Shown here: in pieces, positions 18,676 to 27,811 of the stretch | How positions within the stretch are numbered: the stretch's first letter is position 1 | Layout: the number at the start of each line of letters is the position of its first letter | Assembly (NCBI GenBank): GCA_964542675.1 | Contig: CAZIUH010000002.1 | Coordinates: 98-64,097, forward strand | DNA: 64,000 nucleotides | Direction: 5' to 3' | Source: an uncultured Candidatus Saccharibacteria bacterium | GTDB lineage: Bacteria; Patescibacteriota; Minisyncoccia; Phycocordibacterales; PALSA-1337 | Notes under the pieces: generated by a model | The model's input: the letters and a program-made list of their open reading frames with translations, nothing else | What the model was told of the DNA's origin: nothing | Databases searched by the model: none | Made by a program: the position numbers and the translations under genes

Positions 18676-20220
18676 TCAATGGTATGAATATGAAAATTTT
18701 ATTTTTTTCTTTTTATCCTTTTTGATCTTTCTTGCTCGATTCATATTCATGGATTTTTCCTCCGGCGTTGGTTCTGGTCCCAAAAATAAGAAATGTAGCT
18801 TACGAATTTCGTCTTGTGGCATAATGGAAAATTCGGCATTATGATCAGCCGATAATTCCTTAAATTTCCTGTCATATTGAAGTGCTTCTTCATGCACTTG
18901 CAATGCCGTGTTATTCAATCCCAGAAGATGTAGCCCAGTCAAAGACCTGAGTCGAGACAATGCCACATAACCCATTCCTTTCTCGAATGATTGGGACAAA
19001 TCTATGTATGCCGCGTCCAAAGACATGCCTTGGCTTTTATGAATCGTGATCGCCCAAGCAAGACGAAGTGGATATTGTTCTATCTCCGCGAGTAATCTAT
19101 CATCGTCTTCAACGCGCCACTTTTCTTTTTCAACATGAATATTACCTCTAGTCGTACGCACGATAATTGATTCATAACCGCAATTTTCGACAATCCCGAG
19201 CGTGCCATTCACGTAACCTTTCTCATAATTATTCTTGACGAACATGACTCGCGCGCCGTGTTTCAAGCGCAAATTGGCAGGCGCCAAGCAACTTTTTTTC
19301 AAACCTTCAACAATCCGTTTATTGCCATGGCTATCCATTTGATATTCGAATACTCGTCCGCCGAGCTTAGCCAGCTCGCGCTCATTCTCGACATCTACAT
19401 TCAAATTGTGAGAATATAATTTCGTTGGTTCAATCCCAGAATTCGGGATCGCTCCTGAGCCGACGCTCCCCGTAGCGGACTTTAGCAAAGCGGAATGATT
19501 AGTGACCCCCGGAGGGAATGTGCCGGCGATACGAGTGGCTGACGACCGACTCCGAAGCAGATCAATAATATCCTTTGTGACTTTGGCGTCTCTAATAGCG
19601 TTCAAAATAGCCAAATATTGCGGGTCGTTTTGGCGGAATTGTTCTTCAAGATAACAAACTATAAATTGGGTTTCTTTCCAGGCTCTTGAATGATAAGCGA
19701 ACTCTGAACTTCCACTCTTATTATATTCATCACATTCGAAAAGTTGTCCATTATCGTCGCTTGGAGAATATGCAGACGCGCGCGAAATAGGCGGCAATTG
19801 AAAAAAATCTCCACAGACTATTATTTGTAAACCACCGAATGGTAAATGTGAATTGCGTACACGTTTCAAAACCCGATTTATCATATCCAATCGGTAATGA
19901 TGCAACATTGAAACTTCATCGATAATCAATACTCTTGCCGCCATTATTCTTTTTGCGGTATTCTCTTTTCCGGCAATTTCATCAATATCATATTCACTAA
20001 GCTTATCCTTTACCCCTATTCCCGCCCAGGAATGTATAGTTATGCCACCCATATGCGTTGCCGCTATACCTGTGGATGCCGTCACGCCAACAGGTATTCC
20101 GCGTTCACACAAGCAGGTCAAATATTCCCGCAAAACATGTGTCTTTCCGCTTCCGGCCGCGCCAGTTAGAAATACATTCGCCCCGGTTTTCAGAATCTTG
20201 AGAGCTTCAACTTGAGTCAT
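18676..20220 (-). CDS. PIF1/RecD-like ATP-dependent DNA helicase (AAA_30/Pif1 family)
   Basis: Walker A GAAGSGKTHVL, LIIDEVSM Walker B, QLPP, C-terminal SH3-like/HTH region, Lys-rich tail. Inserted between rplE and rpsZ. Confidence 0.8.
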   Translation of the reverse strand: MTQVEALKILKTGANVFLTGAAGSGKTHVLREYLTCLCERGIPVGVTASTGIAATHMGGITIHSWAGIGVKDKLSEYDIDEIAGKENTAKRIMAARVLIIDEVSMLHHYRLDMINRVLKRVRNSHLPFGGLQIIVCGDFFQLPPISRASAYSPSDDNGQLFECDEYNKSGSSEFAYHSRAWKETQFIVCYLEEQFRQNDPQYLAILNAIRDAKVTKDIIDLLRSRSSATRIAGTFPPGVTNHSALLKSATGSVGSGAIPNSGIEPTKLYSHNLNVDVENERELAKLGGRVFEYQMDSHGNKRIVEGLKKSCLAPANLRLKHGARVMFVKNNYEKGYVNGTLGIVENCGYESIIVRTTRGNIHVEKEKWRVEDDDRLLAEIEQYPLRLAWAITIHKSQGMSLDAAYIDLSQSFEKGMGYVALSRLRSLTGLHLLGLNNTALQVHEEALQYDRKFKELSADHNAEFSIMPQDEIRKLHFLFLGPEPTPEEKSMNMNRARKIKKDKKKKIKFSYSYH

Positions 20221-20322
20221 GGAAACATTATAGAGGAATATTCAAAAAAGACACATTGATGGGTTCGGTAAAACATGTTGATAAACAAAAACACGGATTG
20301 ATTCGTATTTTTTTATAATTTA

Positions 20323-20874
20323 TTATTTCTTCCCCTCCCTCTTTATCGGGAATCCCAAATGTTCCAGAAATGCCAGCGTGGAATTCTTGTCATGTGAGGT
20401 TGTAACGATGGTGATCGCCATGCCAAAAACGTCTTTCAAATCTTCATCGGAAGTTTCGGCAAAAATAGTATGTTCCTTGACGCCAATAGTGAAATTGCCC
20501 ATATCGTCTACAGCCGTGCGATTTAACCCGCGAAAATCCTTCGTGCGAGGAAGAGCGATATGGATCAAACGGTCAAGAAATTCACACATGCGCTTGCCAC
20601 GAAGAGTGACTTGATATCCGACAGGGTCGCCGATACGAGTCTTGAATGTGGCAATAGCTTTTTTTGTCGCTCTTATCGCGGGTTTTTGTCCGGTAATTCT
20701 GGCAAGACGCTCGGCAATGAGTTCAATTTTCTTTTTATCCTTCACGGATCCGAAACCATTGGAAACAACCACCTTTGTAAGCCGGGGCACCTGCATAGCA
20801 TTCGTAAGTCCCAGCTTCTCTTTCAAGGCTTTGAATGACTCTTTATTAAGTTCATAAATGGATTTGTATTTCAT
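20323..20874 (-). CDS. rplE: 50S ribosomal protein L5
   Basis: MKYKSIYELNKESFKALKEKLGLTNAMQVPRLTKVVVSNGFG. Confidence 0.9.
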   Translation of the reverse strand: MKYKSIYELNKESFKALKEKLGLTNAMQVPRLTKVVVSNGFGSVKDKKKIELIAERLARITGQKPAIRATKKAIATFKTRIGDPVGYQVTLRGKRMCEFLDRLIHIALPRTKDFRGLNRTAVDDMGNFTIGVKEHTIFAETSDEDLKDVFGMAITIVTTSHDKNSTLAFLEHLGFPIKREGKK

Positions 20875-20937
20875 ATAATTAAAATTGGATTTTATATCTT
20901 AAATATATCTTTCTTTTTGAGACTTGAAATTTAATTT

Positions 20938-21156
20938 TTAACTTATCTTTGCAACCTTACACGCGTATATTGGCATCGCTCTTTCGACTATTTGTCCTTT
21001 TGCCCCTTGTTTCTTGGGTCTTTCGGTTTTCTTTGTTATATTCACACCTTCCACTAGGACTTTTCCGAGAGCCGGAAATGCCTTGACAACTTTGCTTTTC
21101 TTACCTTTATCATCTCCTGCCAAGATTTTAACTGTATCTCCTTTTTTTATATGCAT
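20938..21156 (-). CDS. rplX: 50S ribosomal protein L24
   Basis: MHIKKGDTVKILAGDDKGKKSKVVKA. Confidence 0.88.
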   Translation of the reverse strand: MHIKKGDTVKILAGDDKGKKSKVVKAFPALGKVLVEGVNITKKTERPKKQGAKGQIVERAMPIYACKVAKIS

Positions 21157-21200
21157 GGTATTAAGTTAAAAGTGTAAAGTGCGCAAGGCACAAGTTGTGA

Positions 21201-21572
21201 TTAAACGATTTCAGCCGCCTTCGATGCTATGGTTTTGAATCCGGCATCTTGAACTTCTCTCGGAATAGGCCCGAAAATACGGCCCGCGAGAGGTTCTTTT
21301 TTGCCTTTTTCCAAGATGACAACGGCATTCCCATCGAAACGAATATATGAACCATCTTTTCTCCTCGTCGGTTTGACCTGACGAACAACTACCGCCTGAA
21401 GAACGTCTTTCTTCTTGACCGATTTCCTCGGCTCAGCTTTTTGTACAGAAAGAATGACCATGTCTCCGATTTCCGCGTATCGCTTTCTTGTGGCGCCAAG
21501 TACCTTGAATATGCGTCCGATTTTGGCTCCGGAATTGTCTGCGATATTTACGATTGTTCGGGGTTGTATCAT
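21201..21572 (-). CDS. rplN: 50S ribosomal protein L14
   Basis: MIQPRTIVNIADNSGAK... Confidence 0.92.
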   Translation of the reverse strand: MIQPRTIVNIADNSGAKIGRIFKVLGATRKRYAEIGDMVILSVQKAEPRKSVKKKDVLQAVVVRQVKPTRRKDGSYIRFDGNAVVILEKGKKEPLAGRIFGPIPREVQDAGFKTIASKAAEIV

Positions 21573-21579
21573 AATAGTT

Positions 21580-21648
21580 GAATTATGAATTACGAATATA
21601 CATTCTACTTCATTGTTTTATATTCATAATTCGTAATTCTTAATTCAC
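21580..21648. repeat. GAATTAN heptamer-array inverted pair (rpsQ–rplN spacer)
   Basis: GAATTATGAATTACGAATA ... TTCATAATTCGTAATTCTTAATTC. Confidence 0.7.
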
Positions 21649-21902
21649 GCGATGACTCGAAACGCCTTCCTCTTTGAAATCGGCTTACAGGCTTCTACCG
21701 TTGCCTTGTCGCCTAATATTTTCGTATTACCAATGTCTGAAGCCATGATCTTCGTTTTCCTGTTCATGTATTTGTGATACTTCGGATGCTTCACATATCG
21801 TCTGATTTCTACAACAACAGTATCTTTCATCTTGTCGGAAATGACCACACCTTTGAATGTCTGGCGATTTTTCTTATTTTCCTTTGTTTTTATTATTTCC
21901 AT
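21645..21902 (-). CDS. rpsQ: 30S ribosomal protein S17
   Basis: KGVVISDKMKDTVVVEIRRYVKHPKYHKY. Confidence 0.88.
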   Translation of the reverse strand: MEIIKTKENKKNRQTFKGVVISDKMKDTVVVEIRRYVKHPKYHKYMNRKTKIMASDIGNTKILGDKATVEACKPISKRKAFRVIA

Positions 21903-21967
21903 GAATTTCTGATATTACTTGAAATACGTTGATTTGTCTAGTTTAATCTGACTTTTCTTGCCATTGA

Positions 21968-22174
21968 TTATTTATCTTCCGTATTCATCGCGTTTACCGC
22001 TGTCATTATCCTGGCAATATCTTTTTTTACCGCTTTACCCTCCTTTACGTTCTTGGTCTTCGCCCCCGCTCCGCCGAAGCAAAATACGCGCAAAATTTCC
22101 CGTTTTTCACCGAGCATTTTGGCAAGATCTGCGTGCGTCTTATTCTTTATGTTCTTCATTTTTATTGCTTTCAT
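21968..22174 (-). CDS. rpmC: 50S ribosomal protein L29
   Basis: MKAIKMKNIKNKTHADLAKMLGEKREILRV... Start taken at the internal Met; the upstream ORF extension overlaps a hairpin. Confidence 0.75.
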   Translation of the reverse strand: MKAIKMKNIKNKTHADLAKMLGEKREILRVFCFGGAGAKTKNVKEGKAVKKDIARIMTAVNAMNTEDK

Positions 22175-22282
22175 GATATAAAAAAGCTCATCCGAGCTAT
22201 GAAAAGATATTATCAAGTAAGTTTAATCAAGTCAATAGAAGTCAATAGAAGTTGTTATTTGTACTCATGGTATAATGAGCGT

Positions 22283-23476
22283 ATGAAGACTATGCCACCA
22301 TTGATATATAGTTCACAGACTCAAATAAATCTGTTCTCAACAGATCCAGTTGAGACTTTGAACCTAAAAAATCCGTATTTTAGTTCTCATCTAATTACTT
22401 ACATCGGAAACAAGCGACGCTTGCTTCCTTTTCTCCACAAAAGTTTTTTGAAAGTTCGTGAGAAAATCGGCACACGTAAACTTGTCATTCTTGATGGATT
22501 CGTTGGAAGTGGTGCCACGGCACGATTACTGAAATCCTTCGCAAGTGAGCTTCATGTGAATGATCTAGAAGACTACTCTGAAACCATAAATCGCGCTTAT
22601 CTTGCTAATAGAACAAAGATTAATCTAGATGAACTCGAGAAAAATATAAACTGGTTAAACAAAAATAAATTACCAATAAATAACACATACAAACCTGGGT
22701 TTATCGAGAGAAATTATGCGCCAAAAGATGATAAAAACATTATGCCTGGAGAAAGAGTCTTTTATACAAGAAATAATGCACGGATAATTGATTATGTTCG
22801 TCAACTGATTGAGGAAAAAATCCCAACAGAATATAAACATCTCTGTCTCGCTTCATTATTGGTGAAAGCATCTGTAAATACAAATACGTCTGGAGTTTTT
22901 AAAGGTTTTCATAAAAAAGATGGTAATGGGCATTTTGGAGGACATAGTGAAAATGCGTTGTCACGGATTAAGAGAGAAATAACGCTCGACACGCCAATAT
23001 TCTCTGAGTTTGAATGCCCTGTAACCGTTCATAAACGAGACATAAATGAACTAATAACGGACAGCAAGCTACCAATATTTGATTTGGTTTATTATGATCC
23101 CCCATATAATCAACATCCTTATGGATCAAACTATTTCATGTTAAACCTAATCAATAGTGGAAAAGAGTGTGAGATTCAAGATGGAGTTAGTGGCATAATA
23201 AAACATTGGAATAAATCAGCATATAATAAAAAAAATGATGCTGAGGATGCTATGGAAAGATTATTACGGGATACACGCGCAAGATTTGTTGTAATTTCAT
23301 ACAATGATGAAGGTATAATACCTGTGAGTAATTTCAGAAATATATTGTCAAAATATGGAAAGATTGAATTAATGGAACAAGAATATAACACCTATCGAGG
23401 TTCAAGAAATTTAAATAATAGAAATATAAAAGTTAAAGAACTTCTCTGGATATTAGAGAAAACAAATGCTAACTAA
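22283..23476 (+). CDS. site-specific DNA N6-adenine methyltransferase (D12/Dam-like, alpha class)
   Basis: FxGxG-type motif I (LDGFVGSGA) and DPPY catalytic motif (VYYDPPYNQ). TATAAT 8 nt upstream of the chosen ATG. Convergent with, and overlapping, the EcoRI-like restriction endonuclease gene. Confidence 0.75.
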   Translation: MKTMPPLIYSSQTQINLFSTDPVETLNLKNPYFSSHLITYIGNKRRLLPFLHKSFLKVREKIGTRKLVILDGFVGSGATARLLKSFASELHVNDLEDYSETINRAYLANRTKINLDELEKNINWLNKNKLPINNTYKPGFIERNYAPKDDKNIMPGERVFYTRNNARIIDYVRQLIEEKIPTEYKHLCLASLLVKASVNTNTSGVFKGFHKKDGNGHFGGHSENALSRIKREITLDTPIFSEFECPVTVHKRDINELITDSKLPIFDLVYYDPPYNQHPYGSNYFMLNLINSGKECEIQDGVSGIIKHWNKSAYNKKNDAEDAMERLLRDTRARFVVISYNDEGIIPVSNFRNILSKYGKIELMEQEYNTYRGSRNLNNRNIKVKELLWILEKTNAN

Positions 23477-24086
23477 TCGGAAAATAATGTTTGATTGCCA
23501 TTTCCGCCACATCAGTAATAATATTCAGCATTTCATTAATTTTCCAATCTTTATGCCGGAAAAACATGGAAACTGGTTCAAACGGTAAATTATTTTTTTG
23601 TATAAAAAGCTTTTTCAGAGGGAAAAAATCATTCATTGTCACAACTCGATCACGAATTGTTGATTCATCCTTGAAATCATCACCACTTCCAAAACATACA
23701 AAAGGAATGACTTCCTCTTTTTTGAAGATTGCTCGAATCCCAATCAGATTTTTTCCGAGCCGTTCAACGGCATTTCCTCTTGCTTGTTTTGGTAATCCTT
23801 CATCTTTTCGTTTATCATTAGTCCCTTGCCTTTTTACTTCAGCAATAAGAATAAGCCTCCGACTTCCATTTTTGTCAGTAGCATAGAGAAACCCTCCATC
23901 TGGTTTAATATAACTCCTTTTCAAGACCTGAGAAAACTCCTGGGAATATTCTGGATATTCCAGACGTAAGTCATTGATTATTGTTGAAAGTAATAATTGT
24001 TTTTTATGTTCAAAAATCAGTTGTGGATATTTTTCACCTAAACGCTTCATAATTTTTTTAACAACTATCATAATGTCACTATCCAT
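23469..24086 (-). CDS. Type II restriction endonuclease, EcoRI/RsrI/MunI family
   Basis: KPDGG...LILIAEVKRQG (PD-ExK) and ARGNAVERLGKN closely parallel EcoRI KPDGG...LVAEAKHQG...AAGNAIERSHKN. Confidence 0.75.
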   Translation of the reverse strand: MDSDIMIVVKKIMKRLGEKYPQLIFEHKKQLLLSTIINDLRLEYPEYSQEFSQVLKRSYIKPDGGFLYATDKNGSRRLILIAEVKRQGTNDKRKDEGLPKQARGNAVERLGKNLIGIRAIFKKEEVIPFVCFGSGDDFKDESTIRDRVVTMNDFFPLKKLFIQKNNLPFEPVSMFFRHKDWKINEMLNIITDVAEMAIKHYFPIS

Positions 24087-24168
24087 TTTTTTGACATAGA
24101 GTTTTTAATACTATGTTGATTCTTATTTTTTCTCAATAAATCAGAATTTGCCATGTTATATAGAAATA

Positions 24169-24594
24169 TTACATTCTAGCAACTATCCTTGTCTTTAGTG
24201 GCAACTTTGTTCCCGCTTTGCGGAGCGCTTCTTCGGCAATTTTGGGCTCAACACCGTCAATTTCAAAAACGATTCTACCCGGTTTGACCTCGGCGATGAA
24301 ACCAACGATGTCGCCTTTACCTTTACCCATTTTCACTTCGGCTGGTTTCTGAGTATACGGATGATCTGGAAAAACGCGAATCCAGACTTTACCTGTTTTC
24401 CCCGCCTTGTGCATAGCCGCCTTGCGCGCCGCTTCGATCTGATTTGACGTCACACGAGCGTATTCGAGTGCCTTCAAACCAAATGAACCAAAAGCAATGC
24501 TAATACCGCGAGTATCGGCATGAATAGCCTCCTTCAAAGGATTTTGTCTCATTGTGAACCATTTGCGATGCTTTACTTTTTTGGGAATTAACAT
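24169..24594 (-). CDS. rplP: 50S ribosomal protein L16
   Basis: MLIPKKVKHRKWF... Confidence 0.92.
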   Translation of the reverse strand: MLIPKKVKHRKWFTMRQNPLKEAIHADTRGISIAFGSFGLKALEYARVTSNQIEAARKAAMHKAGKTGKVWIRVFPDHPYTQKPAEVKMGKGKGDIVGFIAEVKPGRIVFEIDGVEPKIAEEALRKAGTKLPLKTRIVARM

Positions 24595-24606
24595 GGTAGT
24601 AATTTA

Positions 24607-24701
24607 GAATGTAAAAATCAAAAAATGACAAATAAAAGCGTTAAAATCCGAAACGATTATATTTTGTTTTTTACATTGTCATTTTTCATTTTGATTTTTT
24701 T
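24607..24701. repeat. second intergenic inverted-repeat family (ACATTGTCATTTTTCATTTTGATTTTT type), rpsC–rplP spacer
   Basis: GAATGTAAAAATCAAAAAATGACAAATAAA ... TTTTTTACATTGTCATTTTTCATTTTGATTTTT. Confidence 0.65.
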
Positions 24702-25380
24702 ATATTTTACCCGTAGTTTGATCTTTCTTAAAGACTTCTCCTTTGTAAATCCAAACTTTGATGCCTATATCTCCGTATGTCATATGAGCTTTTTCGCGAG
24801 CGAAATCTATATCCGCGCGCAGTGTCTGGAGTGGCACACGACCACGCTTGGCTTCTTCAGATCGCGCGATTTCAGCTCCACCTAGACGACCGCCGAGGAA
24901 GATGCGTACGCCTTTTACTTCCTTATTGGCCATGACTTTTTCTATCATTTGTTTCAACACACGGCGATACGGCAAACGTTTCTCCAATGATTCGGCAACC
25001 ATCATTCCGACAATCGCGGCGTTGGATTCGGGACTGCGGATTTCTTCTATGTCTAGCTTGAATTCTTGTCCACCCAAATCTATTTTATTTTTGCGAAGTA
25101 AAGACAGGATTTTCTCGCGAAGTTTCGTCGCTCCATCACCACTTTTTCCAATGATCATTCCAGGCCTGGAAGATTTCACGATAACGCGAACAAATTTCCT
25201 CGTTCTTTCTATATCAATTCCACCGATAAAAAACAGGCGCAACTCTTCACGCAAAAATTCACGAATAAGAAGATCGGTTTTTAGCGCTGTTCTGTATCCC
25301 CTGTCCATGCCAAACCAGCGACTTTTCCAGTCTCTAATGATTCCTATCCTATGAGAATATGGGTGTACAGTGTGTGACAT
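24700..25380 (-). CDS. rpsC: 30S ribosomal protein S3
   Basis: KH domain and C-terminal S3 domain, 226 aa. Confidence 0.92.
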   Translation of the reverse strand: MSHTVHPYSHRIGIIRDWKSRWFGMDRGYRTALKTDLLIREFLREELRLFFIGGIDIERTRKFVRVIVKSSRPGMIIGKSGDGATKLREKILSLLRKNKIDLGGQEFKLDIEEIRSPESNAAIVGMMVAESLEKRLPYRRVLKQMIEKVMANKEVKGVRIFLGGRLGGAEIARSEEAKRGRVPLQTLRADIDFAREKAHMTYGDIGIKVWIYKGEVFKKDQTTGKI

Positions 25381-25387
25381 TTTTATA

Positions 25388-25473
25388 ATTGAATTGAATT
25401 ATAAATTAATTATGGATAAACTCATATCTTCTTGTTCTTTTTTCTTAATTCGTAATTCTTAATTCGTAATTCT
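25388..25473. repeat. GAATTAN heptamer-array inverted pair (rplV 3' end–rpsC spacer), partly coding
   Basis: TTGAATTGAATTATAAATTAATTATGG ... CTTAATTCGTAATTCTTAATTCGTAATTC. The latter encodes the L22 C-terminal tail. Confidence 0.65.
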
Positions 25474-25808
25474 TTTGTTTCCTTGGGCGCAAGCACAATG
25501 TTAACATGACTTGTCCTCTTCTTGATCGGATGCGCCGAACCTCTAGATACCGGCATACTGCGCCTCAAGACGAATCCCTGATCGACGCGAATTTCCTTTA
25601 CATAAAGACCGGTATTTTCTATCTTGAAATTATTCTTGGCGTTGGCGATGGCGGAATCGAGGAGATCACCGAGCGGATGTCTCGCCTTCTTATCGGCATG
25701 CTCCAAAATGAGTTTAGCGTCAATAACATTCTTGCCGCGAATCATATCTGCCACAATGCGAACCTTGCGAGGAGATATTCTATAATTTTTGAGCGAGGCG
25801 ATGATCAT
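25422..25808 (-). CDS. rplV: 50S ribosomal protein L22
   Basis: ISPRKVRIVADMIRGKNV... The C-terminal tail (KELRIKNYELRKKNKKI) is encoded by the heptamer repeat element. Confidence 0.88.
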   Translation of the reverse strand: MIIASLKNYRISPRKVRIVADMIRGKNVIDAKLILEHADKKARHPLGDLLDSAIANAKNNFKIENTGLYVKEIRVDQGFVLRRSMPVSRGSAHPIKKRTSHVNIVLAPKETKELRIKNYELRKKNKKI

Positions 25809-25817
25809 GGCTGTGAA

Positions 25818-26168
25818 TTATTTCTTTGCGGCGGCGGTTGTCGCGGCTTCTTTGGCAGATTTGGCGGCTGTAACCTCGGCTTCTTTGGCTTTCATCTCTA
25901 TTTCTTTTTGCATCTTGCCTCCATGACGCACAAACTTGCGCGTAAGCGCAAACTCACCGAGGCGGTGTCCAACCATATCCTCGGTTACTAGTACATCTAT
26001 ATGAATTTTGCCGTTATGAACCCCGAATGTAAAACCGACCATTTCGGGTGAAATTTGGCTTCTTCGCGCCCATGTCTTAATAACCCCCGATGTGGCGGGC
26101 TTTTTTCCGGAGATTTTCTTCAAGATCCTCTCCTCAACATATGGCCCTTTTTTTAGTGATCGTGACAT
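25818..26168 (-). CDS. rpsS: 30S ribosomal protein S19 (Ala/Lys-rich C-terminal extension)
   Basis: [13 protein letters not shown]...[24 protein letters not shown]. Confidence 0.9.
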   Translation of the reverse strand: MSRSLKKGPYVEERILKKISGKKPATSGVIKTWARRSQISPEMVGFTFGVHNGKIHIDVLVTEDMVGHRLGEFALTRKFVRHGGKMQKEIEMKAKEAEVTAAKSAKEAATTAAAKK

Positions 26169-26426
26169 GAATTATTGCGAGCGAAAGTAATTATTCAAAT
26201 AATAGAATAAAAGAAGCTCTGCCGAGCTCATAAATCATACTAACAGAGCCATATCTTGAAGTCAAGGAAAGTTGTCTGACCGGATATGTACACTATCGTA
26301 ACATTTATAATATGAAGAAGATGAGATATGTCGGTAACGCCCCTGATATGATTAAATTCATTAAAGGTCAAGGTATTACCAATCTAACTCGTCTTCTTTA
26401 GTCCAGAAATTCAATTATTTGACCAG

Positions 26427-27401
26427 ATGCGCTATAATACGAATATGACGATATTTAGTCGTAAAGTAGTCAGAGAAAACATGATAAAGGTATGGGACAA
26501 ACACCGCGCTGTTACCTGTATCCTCACAGTCATCGTCCTCGCCATTATATTCGGGGCTTGGTACGGTCAAAATAATATCAATATTTTAACGAAAAATGTA
26601 AACGATCTTTCTTTGCAAATCACTTCCTTAGAAAACAAATTATCATCAACAACCGTGGGACTTCAAGAAAATATCGCAAAGACGCATGATTCCCTTTCCA
26701 ACGAACTCAATCAAGAAAAGCAAAATTCCGCGGCGATAGAACAAAAACTTGGTAGTTATCAACAACAAGTTACTTCGGTCACCGGCACCATAGACACTTT
26801 GCAGAAACTTAGCAAAACTGATCCACAACTATTACAGAAATATTCCAAAGTTTTCTTTTTGAATGAATACTACTCTCCAGCCAGACTGACCGAGATACCG
26901 GGCGATTATGCGTACAGCGATACAAGAATATTGAAATTTGAGACCGATGTATGGCCACATTTGAAACAAATGATAGATGACGCTAGAAATAACGGCATCA
27001 TTATATATGTTTATTCGGCGTTCCGTTCATTCAACGAACAGAACGCCATTAAAGGCCAATACAAAATCACCTACGGCGCCGGTAGTGCCAATTCATTCTC
27101 CGCGGATCAAGGATATTCAGAACATCAGCTCGGTACGACTGTAGATCTCATCACAACCGGTCTAGGAGGTTCTCTAGACGGCTTTGACGGCACAAAGGCT
27201 TACGCATGGCTAACTGACAACGCATACCGCTACGGCTTCATCCTTTCATACCCGAAAGACAATTCATTCTATGTCTATGAACCGTGGCATTGGCGTTTCG
27301 TCGGAGTGAAACTAGCTACCGATCTTCATAATCAAAACAAAAACTTCTATGATCTAGATCAGAGGAAGATCGATGAATATCTGGTCAATTTCTTCGAATA
27401 A
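26427..27401 (+). CDS. peptidase M15 family D,D-carboxypeptidase (VanY-like) with N-terminal TM and coiled coil
   Basis: YSAFRSFNEQ and GYSEHQLGTTVDL motifs of M15B/VanY-type carboxypeptidases. Confidence 0.7.
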   Translation: MRYNTNMTIFSRKVVRENMIKVWDKHRAVTCILTVIVLAIIFGAWYGQNNINILTKNVNDLSLQITSLENKLSSTTVGLQENIAKTHDSLSNELNQEKQNSAAIEQKLGSYQQQVTSVTGTIDTLQKLSKTDPQLLQKYSKVFFLNEYYSPARLTEIPGDYAYSDTRILKFETDVWPHLKQMIDDARNNGIIIYVYSAFRSFNEQNAIKGQYKITYGAGSANSFSADQGYSEHQLGTTVDLITTGLGGSLDGFDGTKAYAWLTDNAYRYGFILSYPKDNSFYVYEPWHWRFVGVKLATDLHNQNKNFYDLDQRKIDEYLVNFFE

Positions 27402-27480
27402 TTATATTCCCCGCATAACATTCGGTCAAAACACAAAAAAACCACTGTTCAAAAATGAACCGTGGTTTTTTTGCTTGGAT

Positions 27481-27738
27481 TTATGACAAATGCTTAGAGA
27501 CAAGTTTAGTCATTTCGAACATATTGACCACATCTTTACCGCCGAATACTTTTTTAAGATTCTCGTCGGCATTGATATTACGCTTATTCTTCGGATCCTG
27601 AAGATTCTTCTCCTTGATATAGACCCAAAGTTTCTTCACGACTTCAGACCTGGGCATCGGACCGACACCGACAACGACTGCTAAGTCCGCACTGATATTA
27701 AGCGGCTTCATAAACGCAGAATTTGATTTTGTTGGCAT
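27481..27738 (-). CDS. SWIB/MDM2 domain protein
   Basis: PMPRSEVVKKLWVYIKEKNLQDPKNKRNINADENLKKVFGGKDVVNMFEMTKLVSKHL matches the SWIB consensus. Confidence 0.8.
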   Translation of the reverse strand: MPTKSNSAFMKPLNISADLAVVVGVGPMPRSEVVKKLWVYIKEKNLQDPKNKRNINADENLKKVFGGKDVVNMFEMTKLVSKHLS

Positions 27739-27811
27739 ATGTTTCTATTATGTCCTAATAAGACTTACATAATAGCACATTCAAGGAAATATTAGGAGAT
27801 GGCTAAAGACA

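Noticed and set aside
22183-22205. Hairpin AGCTCATCCGAGCT with an A/T-run, as a minus-strand terminator just before rpmC
   Set aside because: It sits within 15 nt of the rpmC start, leaving no room for a promoter, and it overlaps the alternative ORF start. It may be a processing hairpin, but it is not reported as a terminator feature.
24848-25354. 168-aa plus-strand ORF and the similar 25506-25991 ORF
   Set aside because: Both are antisense to rpsC, rplV and rpsS, with no independent signals. They are shadow ORFs.
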